Assembly (NCBI GenBank): GCA_012522765.1
Contig: JAAYJW010000312.1
Coordinates: forward strand, 2,753 to 66,752
Length of the DNA stretch: 64,000 nucleotides
Direction of reading: 5' to 3'
DNA from: a candidate division WS1 bacterium
Lineage (GTDB): Bacteria; Armatimonadota; Zipacnadia; Zipacnadales; UBA5352
Of this stretch, positions 19,162 to 29,326 are shown in pieces (the first letter of the stretch is position 1; each line of letters starts with the position of its first letter). The position numbers and the translations under genes are program-made. The notes beneath the pieces were generated by a model. The model saw only the letters and a program-made list of their open reading frames with translations, did no database searches and was not told the origin of the DNA.

Positions 19162-20382
19162 GTGCCGGCCATCGAGCTGTCGGGCAGGCGGATCATTGTG
19201 GCGGTAACCGGCGGCATCGCGGCGTACAAGGCCTGCGAGCTTGTCAGCACTCTCGTGAAGTCAGGCGCGCAGGTGCGCGTGGTGATGACCGAAAGTGCCC
19301 GGCGCTTCGTGAGCGAGATGACCTTCGCCACCCTCAGCGGCCACGAAGTCGCGTGGGACATGTGGGCGCCGCGGACGAACGTCGAGCACATCTCTCTGGC
19401 GGAGTTCGCCGAGGTTTGCGTAATCGCCCCTGCCACCGCCAACGTCATAGCGAAGTGCGCCCACGGCATCGCCGACGATCTGCTGTCTACCTGCCTGCTG
19501 GCCCTCACCTGCCCTGTTGTCATCGCGCCTGCAATGAACACACGGATGCTCTGCAGCGCGCCGGTGCAGGCCAATCTCGCGACATTGCGTGAGCGCGGAG
19601 TGCATGTTGTTGAGCCCGAGGAGGGCCGGCTTGCCTGCGGTGAAACCGGCGCTGGACGCCTGCCTGCGACGGAGGTGCTGGTCGAGGCCGTCCGCGATGC
19701 ACTGAGGTCGCGCCGGGGCGCCATGAGCGGCATGCGGATTCTCATCACCGCCGGCCCGACGCGTGAGGCGATCGATCCTGTCCGCTTCCTCTCCAACCCC
19801 TCGTCCGGGCGCATGGGCTATGAGCTTGCCGCCGAAGCGCAGCGGCGCGGGGCGGATGTGACGCTGGTGAGCGGGCCCACCTCGCTGCCGCGCCCCGAGG
19901 GCGTTGCGGTCGTGGCGGTCCAGAGCGCCGAGCAGATGCATGAGGCGGTGCAGGAGCGCGCCGGCGTGGTGGACCTGTTTATTGGCGCCGCGGCTGTCGC
20001 CGACTGGCGCCCTGCCGAAGCCGCTACGGAGAAGATGAAGAAGGGTGACCGCGAGGAGATGACGCTCCGGATGGTGCGCACGCCGGATATCATCGCCTCG
20101 GTCGCTCAATGGCAGCCAAGGCCGACCATCGTCGGTTTTGCTGCTGAGACGAATGAGACGATCGCTCATGCTCGAGAGAAGCTGCAGCGCAAGGGCATGG
20201 ACATGATCGTGGCTAACGATGTATCCGAACCCGGTGCCGGATTCGAGGTCGAAACCAATCGGGTGACGCTGATCGATGTCATCGGGCGCGAAACAGACCT
20301 GCCGTTGATGAGCAAGGCGGAAGTTGCCGCCGCAATCCTGGACCGGGCCGGGGCGCTCATCGCGAGCAGGGAGAGCCAGTGA
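19162..20382 (+). CDS. coaBC: Bifunctional phosphopantothenoylcysteine decarboxylase/phosphopantothenate-cysteine ligase
   Basis: Flavoprotein N-terminal domain (IIVAVTGGIAAYKA) plus the CoaB domain. GTG start. Confidence 0.9.
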   Translation: MPAIELSGRRIIVAVTGGIAAYKACELVSTLVKSGAQVRVVMTESARRFVSEMTFATLSGHEVAWDMWAPRTNVEHISLAEFAEVCVIAPATANVIAKCAHGIADDLLSTCLLALTCPVVIAPAMNTRMLCSAPVQANLATLRERGVHVVEPEEGRLACGETGAGRLPATEVLVEAVRDALRSRRGAMSGMRILITAGPTREAIDPVRFLSNPSSGRMGYELAAEAQRRGADVTLVSGPTSLPRPEGVAVVAVQSAEQMHEAVQERAGVVDLFIGAAAVADWRPAEAATEKMKKGDREEMTLRMVRTPDIIASVAQWQPRPTIVGFAAETNETIAHAREKLQRKGMDMIVANDVSEPGAGFEVETNRVTLIDVIGRETDLPLMSKAEVAAAILDRAGALIASRESQ

Positions 20383-20418
20383 CACTCGACCGGTAGTCAA
20401 CCCTGAGGGAGGCGCACC

Positions 20419-21567
20419 ATGTCCAGCAAGTCCTATCAGTTCACGTCGGAGTCGGTGACGGAGGGTCATCCAGACAAGCTCTGCGACCAGGTGTCGGACG
20501 CCGTGCTCGACCACGTGATGAGGGAGGACCCCACGGGCCGTGTCGCCATCGAGACGCTGGTGACCACCGGCACCTGCATGGTCGCGGGGGAGATGACCAC
20601 ACAGTGCTACGTGCCGGTAGACGAGGTGGCGCGTGGAGTGATCGCCGACATCGGCTACACTCGCGCAAAGTACGGCTTCGACTCCGAGACAGTGGGTGTT
20701 CTGACGGCAATCCACGCTCAGTCGTCCAACATTGCGGCCGGTGTGGATACAGGTGGCGCAGGCGATCAGGGCATGATGTTCGGCTTCGCCTGCGACGACA
20801 CAGACACCTACATGCCGATGCCGATCCACCTCGCGCACAGGCTGGCGGAGCGGCTGGCGTACGTGCGCAAGACCGGGGAACTGGACTACCTCCGCCCCGA
20901 CGGCAAGACGCAGGTGACGGTGCGTTACGAAGATGACCGGCCGGTTGAGGTTACGAAGATCCTCATCGCGGCGCAGCACAGGCGGGGGATGAATCAGGAC
21001 GAGATTCTCTCGGACATGCTGCAGTACGTGATCGAGCCTATCGTCCCTGCCGACATGTGCAAGCCGGGCTTGCCCTGTCTTGTCAACCGCACCGGTGTCT
21101 TCGAGATCGGCGGGCCTCAGGCCGACACCGGTCTCACCGGTCGCAAGATCATCGTGGACACATACGGCGGCTACGCGCGACACGGCGGCGGCGCGTTCTC
21201 GGGCAAAGACCCCACGAAGGTTGACCGCTCAGGAGCGTACTTCGCACGTTACGTAGCGAAGAACGTTGTCGCGGCAGGGCTTGCGCGCAAGTGCGAGATC
21301 GAGGTCAGCTATGCCATCGGCGATCCTGATCCGTTCTCAATCGCCGTCTTCTGCTTCGGCACCGAAGTCATCCCCGAAGACAGGATCGCGAAGATCATCG
21401 GTGCGAACTTCGACTTCTCGCCGCGCGGGATGATCCGCCACCTCGACCTGCAGCGCCCGATCTTCCGCAAGACCGCCGCCTACGGCCACTTCGGCCGCGA
21501 CGACAAGGACTTCACCTGGGAGCGCCTCGACGCGGTTGAGATGCTCAAGGAAGAGGCGGGGCTTTGA
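20419..21567 (+). CDS. metK: S-adenosylmethionine synthetase
   Basis: [31 protein letters not shown] and DTYGG motifs. Confidence 0.95.
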   Translation: MSSKSYQFTSESVTEGHPDKLCDQVSDAVLDHVMREDPTGRVAIETLVTTGTCMVAGEMTTQCYVPVDEVARGVIADIGYTRAKYGFDSETVGVLTAIHAQSSNIAAGVDTGGAGDQGMMFGFACDDTDTYMPMPIHLAHRLAERLAYVRKTGELDYLRPDGKTQVTVRYEDDRPVEVTKILIAAQHRRGMNQDEILSDMLQYVIEPIVPADMCKPGLPCLVNRTGVFEIGGPQADTGLTGRKIIVDTYGGYARHGGGAFSGKDPTKVDRSGAYFARYVAKNVVAAGLARKCEIEVSYAIGDPDPFSIAVFCFGTEVIPEDRIAKIIGANFDFSPRGMIRHLDLQRPIFRKTAAYGHFGRDDKDFTWERLDAVEMLKEEAGL

Positions 21568-21632
21568 CCGACGATCAGATGCAGTTCCGGCTGATTGATG
21601 ATGTTCCGCCGGAGCAGCCCCGGCAGCAGCAG

Positions 21633-24104
21633 ATGGCCGGCCGCTTCGCGCAGGTCATCGTCGATCAGCCGGCGCAGGATCTTGACCGGGAATTCAGCTA
21701 CTCCGTCCCTGCCCACCTGGAAGAGGCTCTCCAGGTGGGCAGTCACGTTCTTGTGCCCTTCGGCCGCAGGCGGCTCGCGGGCTGGGTGACCGGCTTTGCC
21801 ACCATCCGGCCCGACTTCCGGGTGCGGGAGATCATCAGCCTGCTGGTGGATGAGCCGGTCTTCGACGAGCGCGGTCTCGCCCTGGCGCGCTGGATCTCCG
21901 AGCACTACCTCTGCCCGCTTCGTGATGCGCTCCGCTGTCTTCTGCCACCGGGCGCAGGTCGCGATCCTGAGACGCTGATCTCGCTCACCGATGCCGGACG
22001 CGGCATCCCCGCCTCCGCTCTCGCTCAGGCACCGCGGCAGCAGCAGGTGCTTGCAGCACTACAGTCGCTGGAGGGCGAGACGCCGCTTGAGGCGCTCGTG
22101 GGTGCGCTGGAGGCTCAGGATGCGACCGTCACCCGGCCGGTCGTCATGTCCGCGCTGCGCTCGCTGGAGGAGCGTGGGCTGGCGGACGTGCGGCGCGTCC
22201 TCGGGGGGCCGAAGGTCCGCGAACGGCGCCAGCAGGTGGCACGCCTGTGTGGCAATGAGGATTGGCCGGCACTGATCGAGGAGCTTCGGGCGCGCGCTCC
22301 GCGACAGGCGGAGACGCTTGAGGCGCTGCTGGAAGCGGAGGACGGGCTGCTGGTGGCCGAACTGAACCGCGGCGCGGTGAACGCCCTCTGCGAGCGCGGC
22401 AGCGTCGAGGTGTCCGACGACAGCATTCGCCGCCGGCCACAGCGGCAGGAGATGGGCGGACAGGGCAGTGATTTCCTCCCCCTCACCACCGACCAGCAGT
22501 GCGCATTCGACCGCGTAGATGCCGGTCTTGAAGCACGCGCGTTCACCGGGATGCTGCTGCACGGTGTGACGGGCTCGGGGAAGACGGAGGTCTATCTCCA
22601 CGCCATCGAGTCGTCGCTGCACAGAGGCCGCGGGGCGATCGTGCTGGTGCCGGAGATCTCGCTGACGCCGCAGATGGTCGGGCGCTTCCGGGCGCGCTTT
22701 GGCGATCGGCTTGCGCTCCTGCACAGCGCGCTCGGAGCGGGGGAGCGCTTCGACGAGTGGATGCGCGTGCAGAGCGGCGAGGCCGACGTGGTGGTGGGCG
22801 CACGTTCCGCTATCTTTGCGCCGGTTGCCGACATCGGCGTGATCGTCATTGACGAGGAGCATGAGCGGGCATACAAGCAGGATTCGCCGCCACGCTATCA
22901 CGCTGTTGCGGTGGCCGAGATGCGCGCGAGGCAGCACGAGGCGGTGCTGCTGGTCGGCAGTGCGACCCCCTCGCTGGAGTGCTATCACCGCGCCACCGAG
23001 GGGGAGGGAGGCCTTTGCCTGTGCGAGCTTCCGCAGCGCATAGATGAGCGTCCTCTACCTGAGGTGGAGATCATCGACCTGCGCGGCGAGACGCTGATGG
23101 GCACCACCGGCACCTTCAGCCAGCGCCTGCATGATGCGCTTGAGGCGTGCCTGGCGAATGGCGAGCAGGCGATGCTCTTCCTCAACCGGCGCGGCTTCTC
23201 CACCTTCGTGATGTGTCGCAACTGCGGTTTCAGCCTCACCTGCCGCGACTGCTCGGTGTCGCTGATCTACCACCACGCTTCGCGGACGATGCGCTGCCAT
23301 CACTGCGACTTCGCGGTGCCGGTGCCGGAGATATGCCCATCCTGTGAGTCGGAGGACATCGGCTTCAAGGGCCTCGGCACTGAGCGCGTGGCGGATCAGG
23401 TGACGCGTGAGTTCGAGGGGGCCAGCGTATTACGCATGGACCGCGACACCACCTCGCGCAAGGGCGCTCACGCGCGCATCCTCGAGGCATTTCGGCGCGG
23501 CGAGGCGAATGTGCTGATCGGCACACAGATGATCGCCAAGGGACATGATTTCCCCAACGTTACGCTCGTGGGCGTACTGAATGCCGACACCGGCCTCAAT
23601 CGCGCCGATTTCCGCGCTGCGGAGCAAACCTTCCAGCTTCTGACGCAGGTGGCGGGTCGTGCGGGCCGCGCGGATAAACCAGGCCGCGTGCTGGTGCAGA
23701 CATACAATCCCGAGCATCAGGCCATTGTCCATGCGGCGCAGCATGATTATGCCTCGTTCTACGCATGGGAGCTTGAAAAGCGCCTTCAGAACATGTATCC
23801 TCCCTTCGCACGGCTGATCAACTTAACGATCGGCGACGAGGAAGAGGAAGCGGCGCTCAAACTGGCACGGCGGCTGGCATATCAGTTGCAGCAGCGGGGG
23901 CTGGAGCACAGGCGGGGGATGATGCAGTTCATGGGGCCGGCGCCGGCGCCACTGACGCGGTTGCGCGGGCGGTACCGCTTCCACCTGCTGCTCAAGGGCC
24001 CCTCGATCGAGCGGTTGCGCGAGATACTGACGGACGCCCTCGAGGCACTCGGAGATGACGCTTCGGCGGTGACGGTGGATGTGGATCCGCTTGATATGAT
24101 GTGA
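21633..24104 (+). CDS. priA: Primosomal protein N' (replication restart helicase PriA)
   Basis: N-terminal FAQVIVD...LDREFSY, Walker A GVTGSGKTEVY, DEEH box, Cys4 zinc module (CRNCG...CRDC...CHHC...CPSC). Alternative starts at 21564 or 21579. Confidence 0.85.
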   Translation: MAGRFAQVIVDQPAQDLDREFSYSVPAHLEEALQVGSHVLVPFGRRRLAGWVTGFATIRPDFRVREIISLLVDEPVFDERGLALARWISEHYLCPLRDALRCLLPPGAGRDPETLISLTDAGRGIPASALAQAPRQQQVLAALQSLEGETPLEALVGALEAQDATVTRPVVMSALRSLEERGLADVRRVLGGPKVRERRQQVARLCGNEDWPALIEELRARAPRQAETLEALLEAEDGLLVAELNRGAVNALCERGSVEVSDDSIRRRPQRQEMGGQGSDFLPLTTDQQCAFDRVDAGLEARAFTGMLLHGVTGSGKTEVYLHAIESSLHRGRGAIVLVPEISLTPQMVGRFRARFGDRLALLHSALGAGERFDEWMRVQSGEADVVVGARSAIFAPVADIGVIVIDEEHERAYKQDSPPRYHAVAVAEMRARQHEAVLLVGSATPSLECYHRATEGEGGLCLCELPQRIDERPLPEVEIIDLRGETLMGTTGTFSQRLHDALEACLANGEQAMLFLNRRGFSTFVMCRNCGFSLTCRDCSVSLIYHHASRTMRCHHCDFAVPVPEICPSCESEDIGFKGLGTERVADQVTREFEGASVLRMDRDTTSRKGAHARILEAFRRGEANVLIGTQMIAKGHDFPNVTLVGVLNADTGLNRADFRAAEQTFQLLTQVAGRAGRADKPGRVLVQTYNPEHQAIVHAAQHDYASFYAWELEKRLQNMYPPFARLINLTIGDEEEEAALKLARRLAYQLQQRGLEHRRGMMQFMGPAPAPLTRLRGRYRFHLLLKGPSIERLREILTDALEALGDDASAVTVDVDPLDMM

Positions 24105-24139
24105 GTGGCCGGCAGTGTTTGGCTTAAGGAGCTATTGCG

Positions 24140-24706
24140 ATGGCCGTAAGACGCATTGTCTACTGTGGTGACGCGAGACTGCGGCGAAAGGCCCAGCGGG
24201 TTCGCGAAATCAGCGACGATCTGCACGAACTGCTTGACGAGATGCGCGAGACGATGCTGGAGGCCGATGGCCTCGGGCTAGCTGGCGCACAGGTGGGGGA
24301 GTGCCTCGCGGTTGTGGTCGTGCGCGCCGACAGCGAGGGCACGGAGGTCATTGATCTGATCAACCCGCGGATCGTCGAGCAGGAGGGCGAGCAGGATGGC
24401 CACGAGGGCTGTCTGAGCCTGCCGACTCTCCGGGGGATGGTGTTGAGGCCATCGCGGGTGGTGGTGGAGGCGTTCGACCGCGAGGGCGAGGAGATCGAGG
24501 TTGAGGGCGAGGGCCTGATGGCCCGCTGCCTTGCACACGAGTTGGACCACCTGCAGGGGCGGCTGTTCATAGACGCCGTGGACCCTGAGAGTCTCGCGTG
24601 GCTGCGGCCGGACAGGCGTGAGGATTCGGGCTACCGGGTGGAGCCGACGACGCTCGCTGAGGCGCAGGAGGCGTTCGATCGCCTGCGCTCCGGGCGGGAG
24701 GAGTAG
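24140..24706 (+). CDS. def: Peptide deformylase
   Basis: GLAGAQVG, EGCLSLP and HELDHL motifs. Confidence 0.9.
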   Translation: MAVRRIVYCGDARLRRKAQRVREISDDLHELLDEMRETMLEADGLGLAGAQVGECLAVVVVRADSEGTEVIDLINPRIVEQEGEQDGHEGCLSLPTLRGMVLRPSRVVVEAFDREGEEIEVEGEGLMARCLAHELDHLQGRLFIDAVDPESLAWLRPDRREDSGYRVEPTTLAEAQEAFDRLRSGREE

Positions 24707-24709
24707 CGG

Positions 24710-25648
24710 ATGCGTGTCGCGTTCTTCGGCACGCCGCCGCCCGCCGTGCCGTATCTTCGCGCGCTGGCGGCGAGCGAACATTCGATCGTGGCGGTCATAT
24801 CGCAGCCCGATCGTCCTGCCGGGCGTGGCCGCTCTCTGCGTCCCAGCCCGGTCCGTGCGGCTGCAGATGAGCTTGCTCTCCCGGTCATGACGCCTGAAGC
24901 GGCGTCGGATCAGGATTTCCTTGACGCGCTGGCGGAACTCAAGCCGCAGTTGGGGGTTGTAGTGGCGTATGGGCAGATACTGCGCCGGAAGCTGCTCGAT
25001 TTGCCGGAGCGGGGCCTCATCAATGTGCATTACTCCCTGCTGCCCCAACTGCGCGGGGCGGCGCCTGTCTACGGCGCACTGCGGCAGGGGCTTGATGTGA
25101 CCGGCGTCACCATCCAGCGCATGTCGCGGAAGCTTGACGCGGGCGACATCATCCTGAGGCGTGAGGTGCCGATCGAGCCCGATGACAATCGCGGCACGCT
25201 GACCGAAAGGCTGACGGAGGCGGGTGTGCCCCTGCTGCTTGAGGCGATGGCGCTGATCGAGCGGGGAGAGGCGCCCCGGACACCGCAGGATGATGAGCAG
25301 GCGACGTATGTCGGGCTGGTCCAGACCGACGATTGCCGGATTGACTGGTCGCTGCCGAGCGAACAGGTGAGGAATCTGGTGCGCGCATGCACCCCCTGGC
25401 CGGGTGCGTGGTGCCTTCTTGACGGCAATCGCGTGAAGGTGCAAGACGTGTCACTGGTGCAAAATGTCTTAAGACAGGAAGGGAGCCCGGGGCAGATCGT
25501 CGAAATGCCTCGTGCGAGAGGTCCTATTGTGATCACGGGGACCGGTGTGGTGGAAATCACGAGACTGCAGCCGCCTGGGAAGAGGTCAATGTCAGGGGAG
25601 GAGTTCCTGCGCGGCGCGAGGCTGCAGGTTGGAGATCGCTTTGACTGA
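24710..25648 (+). CDS. fmt: Methionyl-tRNA formyltransferase
   Basis: The N-terminal formyltransferase domain follows def (classic def-fmt pair). SLLP motif. Confidence 0.9.
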   Translation: MRVAFFGTPPPAVPYLRALAASEHSIVAVISQPDRPAGRGRSLRPSPVRAAADELALPVMTPEAASDQDFLDALAELKPQLGVVVAYGQILRRKLLDLPERGLINVHYSLLPQLRGAAPVYGALRQGLDVTGVTIQRMSRKLDAGDIILRREVPIEPDDNRGTLTERLTEAGVPLLLEAMALIERGEAPRTPQDDEQATYVGLVQTDDCRIDWSLPSEQVRNLVRACTPWPGAWCLLDGNRVKVQDVSLVQNVLRQEGSPGQIVEMPRARGPIVITGTGVVEITRLQPPGKRSMSGEEFLRGARLQVGDRFD

Positions 25649-25727
25649 TTAGTCCGCCGGCAATCATCACTTCCGACAACAGCGAATCTCGCCGGGTCAG
25701 CTCAGGCAGTCCGGAGGACGTAAACTG

Positions 25728-26084
25728 ATGGCCGCCGCTACCGAGACAATACAGCAGGCGCACGAACACCGCATCAACGGCGAATACGATGAGGCGATGG
25801 CCCTCTACCGCCAGGTGCTGGAAAAGGTGCCGGAGGAGGCCGAGGCTCTCTGGGGCCTGGGGCTGTCTCTGATGAACATCGGCGATTTCGACGAGGCGCT
25901 GGAAAGCATCTGTGCAGCGACGCAGATCGAGCCGCAGAACCAGCTCTACCTGCTCGATGCGGGTAAGCACTACACCATGCTGGGGATGTACGATGAGGCC
26001 AGGCCGTTCTTTGAGAAGGTTCTGGAGATAGACCCGACGTCGCAACACGGTGCAGAGGCACAGAAGCAGCTTTCGTACTACTAG
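25728..26084 (+). CDS. Tetratricopeptide-repeat protein
   Basis: Three TPR-like repeats (A..Y...L...P....AL..LG). Confidence 0.55.
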   Translation: MAAATETIQQAHEHRINGEYDEAMALYRQVLEKVPEEAEALWGLGLSLMNIGDFDEALESICAATQIEPQNQLYLLDAGKHYTMLGMYDEARPFFEKVLEIDPTSQHGAEAQKQLSYY

Positions 26085-26156
26085 GGATTCGGAGGGTATA
26101 TGTGAGCCGGGCCCGGGGTGGCGCAAGCGATGCCTCTGAGGGCCGGCTCTGCTGCT

Positions 26157-27992
26157 ATGGTAAAGGTAACATTCAAGCCCGGTGGCGAGAGCGGCGAGAC
26201 AGAGGCAGGCACCACGATTCTGGCTGCGGCAGCAAGCCTTGGAGTGACGATCACCGCTCCCTGTGGCGGGCGTGGCCGCTGCGGCAAGTGCCGCGTGATT
26301 GCGGAGAAAGGGTGCGCACCGCCTACGCCCTCGGAGCGCGATCAGTTGACGGGCGAGGAGCTTCGGCATGGCATCCGCCTCGCCTGCGAAGCCGTCCTGC
26401 TGGAGGACGCGCAGGTGATCATCCCGTCGGATTCGCGCACCATCAGCGGCAAGATTCTCGCCGATGATGCCCGCGAAGAGATCTCACTTCGCCCCAACGT
26501 CTCGCGTCGGACGGTGGTTCTCCCGGCCCCCAGCCTGTCCGATCAGCGTAGCGACTTCGAGCGGGTGGCGGATGGTCTCGGCACTCCCGCACAGAGTCTG
26601 AGGATGCATCGCGAGGCTCTTGCCGAGCTTCCGTCGGTGCTGCGAGACAATGACTTCAAGGTTGACGTCATCACCGTCGGCGACACCATCGCCGGAGTTC
26701 GCCCGCCGAATGCTCGCCCCTGCTGCCTCGGCGCGGCGGTGGACATCGGCACCACCACTGTGGTCGTCTATCTCGTGGACCTCTCCAGCGGCGAGCGGCT
26801 TGCGACTGCTTCGGCGCTGAATCCGCAGGCCCGCTGGGGCCATGACCTGATCTCGCGCATCGAGCACGTGCAGAGCACCCCGGCCGGGCTTGAGGATCTG
26901 CGCCGGAGCATCGTGGATCTGATCAACCGTCTGCTCGGTGAGACCACCGAGCAGGCCGGGGTCCGCAGGCGGGACATATACGAAGTCTCGATCGTCGGCA
27001 ACACCTGCATGCACCACATGTTCCTCGGCCTCGACCCGCGACATCTCGCGCACGCGCCCTACATTCCGGTTACGCGCGAGCCGCTGGAGCTTTCGGCTGA
27101 AGAGGCGGGTCTTGCGCTCAGCCCGGCGGCGAACGTATACTGCCTGCCGGTGATCGCGGGCTTCGTGGGCGCCGATACAGTCGGCGTGTTGCTCGTGTCA
27201 AGGCTGACCGAGCGCGATCATCCGACGCTGGCCATCGACATCGGCACCAACGGCGAAGTCATGCTCTGGTCGGGCGAGCGGCTGCTGGTGGCCTCCTGCG
27301 CTGCAGGTCCGGCCTTCGAAGGCGGCGAGATCCGGCATGGTGTGCGTGCTGCCGACGGGGCCATTGAGCGCGTCTGGCTCAGCAATGGAAGCATCGGCTA
27401 TGCGACGATCGGTTCCACGCGCCCCAACGGCATCTGCGGATCTGGGATCTTCGACACCGTTGCCACGCTGCTTGACAGCGGGGTTGCCGACAGCACCGGC
27501 CGGCTGGCCGATGAACAGGCCGCTGAGAAGCTGCAGCGGGGGCTGGTGGAGCGGCTGCGTGGCGAGGGCCCCCAGCGCGAGTTTGTCCTGGTGGAGAGCG
27601 CCGAGAGCGCCAACGGCGACATCGTCTTCACGCAGAAAGATCTGCGGGAAGTTCAGTTGGCGAAAGGTGCTGTGCGTGCCGCGGTGGAATTACTCTGTTC
27701 GGCGGCGGGGATAGAGGCCAATGATATCGCCGAGGTATTACTGGCGGGGGCCTTCGGCAACTACATTGACCGCCGCAGTGCGCTGCGGATGGGGCTGCTG
27801 CCGGAGGTAGGCGTGGAGCAGATCAGAGGCGTGGGCAATGCGGCCGGAGCGGGCGCGCTGGCCGCGCTGGTGTCCGTAGACGAGCGACAGCGGGCGGCGG
27901 AGCTGGCGCGGCAGGCGGAGCACATTGAGTTGATGGCCAGTCCCGCGTTCCAGATGGTCTTTGCCGACAGCATGATCTTTCCTGAGTCCTGA
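26157..27992 (+). CDS. RACo-like corrinoid reductive activation protein ([2Fe-2S] ferredoxin + ASKHA/DUF4445 ATPase)
   Basis: MVKVTFKPGGE...CGGRGRCGKCRV...LAC ferredoxin domain, then a DIGTTTVVVYLVD ASKHA N-terminal motif. The track ORF starts at 26118. Confidence 0.75.
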   Translation: MVKVTFKPGGESGETEAGTTILAAAASLGVTITAPCGGRGRCGKCRVIAEKGCAPPTPSERDQLTGEELRHGIRLACEAVLLEDAQVIIPSDSRTISGKILADDAREEISLRPNVSRRTVVLPAPSLSDQRSDFERVADGLGTPAQSLRMHREALAELPSVLRDNDFKVDVITVGDTIAGVRPPNARPCCLGAAVDIGTTTVVVYLVDLSSGERLATASALNPQARWGHDLISRIEHVQSTPAGLEDLRRSIVDLINRLLGETTEQAGVRRRDIYEVSIVGNTCMHHMFLGLDPRHLAHAPYIPVTREPLELSAEEAGLALSPAANVYCLPVIAGFVGADTVGVLLVSRLTERDHPTLAIDIGTNGEVMLWSGERLLVASCAAGPAFEGGEIRHGVRAADGAIERVWLSNGSIGYATIGSTRPNGICGSGIFDTVATLLDSGVADSTGRLADEQAAEKLQRGLVERLRGEGPQREFVLVESAESANGDIVFTQKDLREVQLAKGAVRAAVELLCSAAGIEANDIAEVLLAGAFGNYIDRRSALRMGLLPEVGVEQIRGVGNAAGAGALAALVSVDERQRAAELARQAEHIELMASPAFQMVFADSMIFPES

Positions 27993-28087
27993 TGAAGGCG
28001 TCATCCGCGCCCCATCGGCGCGTTAGGCTCTTGGCGCAAGTAGCTCCGGACGTTACGACCGCAGATCATACGGGAGGTTCATCGGAA

Positions 28088-28720
28088 ATGGCGGACCTGC
28101 AGGCACTTGCTAACGCTGTCATCGGTGGCGAGAGGGAGAACGCGCTAAGACTGACCGAGGAAGCCATTGACGAGGGTGTCAAGCCGAGCGTAATCATCAA
28201 CGACGGTCTCATCGCGGGGATGAGCGTTGTTGGCGAGAAATTCAAGAATAACGAGTTCTACGTGCCGGAGGTGCTGATCGCCGCGAGGGCCATGCAGACC
28301 GCCATGGAGCGTGTCAAGCCCCTCCTGGCCGAGGGCGAGATGACCTCTCGAGGCAAGGTTGTGATCGGCACGGTCAAGGGCGACCTGCATGACATCGGCA
28401 AGAACCTCGTTGCGATGATGCTCGAGGGCGGCGGCTTCGACGTCATAGACCTCGAGGTGGACGTATCGCCCGAGCAGTTCGTCTCGACGGCTGCCGAGAG
28501 CGGCGCCCACTGCATCGCTTTGTCGGCGCTCTTGACAACCACCATGCCTTCGATGAAGGATACGGTTGATGCGCTGGTGGAGGCCGGCCTCAAGGGGCAG
28601 GTCAAGGTCATCATCGGTGGCGCGCCGGTGACGCAGAGCTATGCGGATGAGATCGGCGCCGATGGTTACGCACCGGATGCCGCCTCTGCGGTGGACAAGG
28701 TAACCCAACTGCTGGCATAG
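28088..28720 (+). CDS. Cobalamin-binding corrinoid protein (MtbC/MtmC-like B12-binding domain protein)
   Basis: N-terminal helical cap, then VIGTVKGDLHDIGKN (DxHxxG B12 motif) and a Rossmann-like B12 domain. RBS GGAGGT. The alternative start 27992 overlaps the upstream stop. Confidence 0.8.
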   Translation: MADLQALANAVIGGERENALRLTEEAIDEGVKPSVIINDGLIAGMSVVGEKFKNNEFYVPEVLIAARAMQTAMERVKPLLAEGEMTSRGKVVIGTVKGDLHDIGKNLVAMMLEGGGFDVIDLEVDVSPEQFVSTAAESGAHCIALSALLTTTMPSMKDTVDALVEAGLKGQVKVIIGGAPVTQSYADEIGADGYAPDAASAVDKVTQLLA

Positions 28721-28837
28721 TCCCCGCTTGGAGGGGTTTCTGCTGCAGCTTCCATGCGCAGAAGCTATCACCGCCGGATCGCGCTGGTGATGGCTTCTGC
28801 GTTGTGCGCTCATGCAAGTCTACGGGAGTGAAGTGCC

Positions 28838-29272
28838 ATGCCGTGGCGTTGGATTGCGATGCTGCTTGTGGCTGTCTCGCTTGGGGCGGGCGGCCAGATG
28901 TGCCTGAAATTCGGGGTGGACCAGCTTGGTGGCGGCGGCTTGGTCGCGGTCATCAAGGGCATCTTCACGCCCTACGTCTTCGCCGGCTTCGTGCTCTACG
29001 GCCTGAGCTCAATCATCTACCTGATGGTCCTGGCACGTCTGGATCTGAGCTTCGCCTATCCTTTCGTTGCGCTCAGCTTCGTCTTTGTCACGCTGCTGTC
29101 GTGGTGGTTATTGCAGGAACAGATTCCAGGACTTCGTATCATCGGTCTCGTCCTGATTATGGGCGGTGTGCTTACCGTGGCGGCCAGTTACCGCGCCGAA
29201 GCCGCGCAGGCCGCCGAGGTCCCGCAATCGCGGGTAGCCCTTCAGACACCAACGGACCCCGGAGTGACCTGA
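28838..29272 (+). CDS. Small DMT-superfamily membrane protein (ArnE/ArnF/GtrA-like polyprenyl-phosphate-sugar flippase candidate)
   Basis: Four predicted TM helices, 144 aa. First gene of the glycosylation operon. Confidence 0.5.
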   Translation: MPWRWIAMLLVAVSLGAGGQMCLKFGVDQLGGGGLVAVIKGIFTPYVFAGFVLYGLSSIIYLMVLARLDLSFAYPFVALSFVFVTLLSWWLLQEQIPGLRIIGLVLIMGGVLTVAASYRAEAAQAAEVPQSRVALQTPTDPGVT

Positions 29273-29326
29273 GGCTTTCTGGGTCCGGCTTTGTGCCCGG
29301 CGCCGCATTCGCGTATAATCCCGTGC

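Noticed and set aside
19261-21183. 640-aa minus-strand ORF
   Set aside because: Antisense to coaBC and metK, which have unmistakable motifs. The R/H/G-rich composition has no domain signatures.
27992-28087. Longer corrinoid-protein start at 27992 (ATGA overlap with RACo)
   Set aside because: The N-terminal 32 aa are unlike corrinoid proteins. An internal ATG at 28088 with a GGAGGT RBS gives the canonical ~210-aa length. This remains uncertain.
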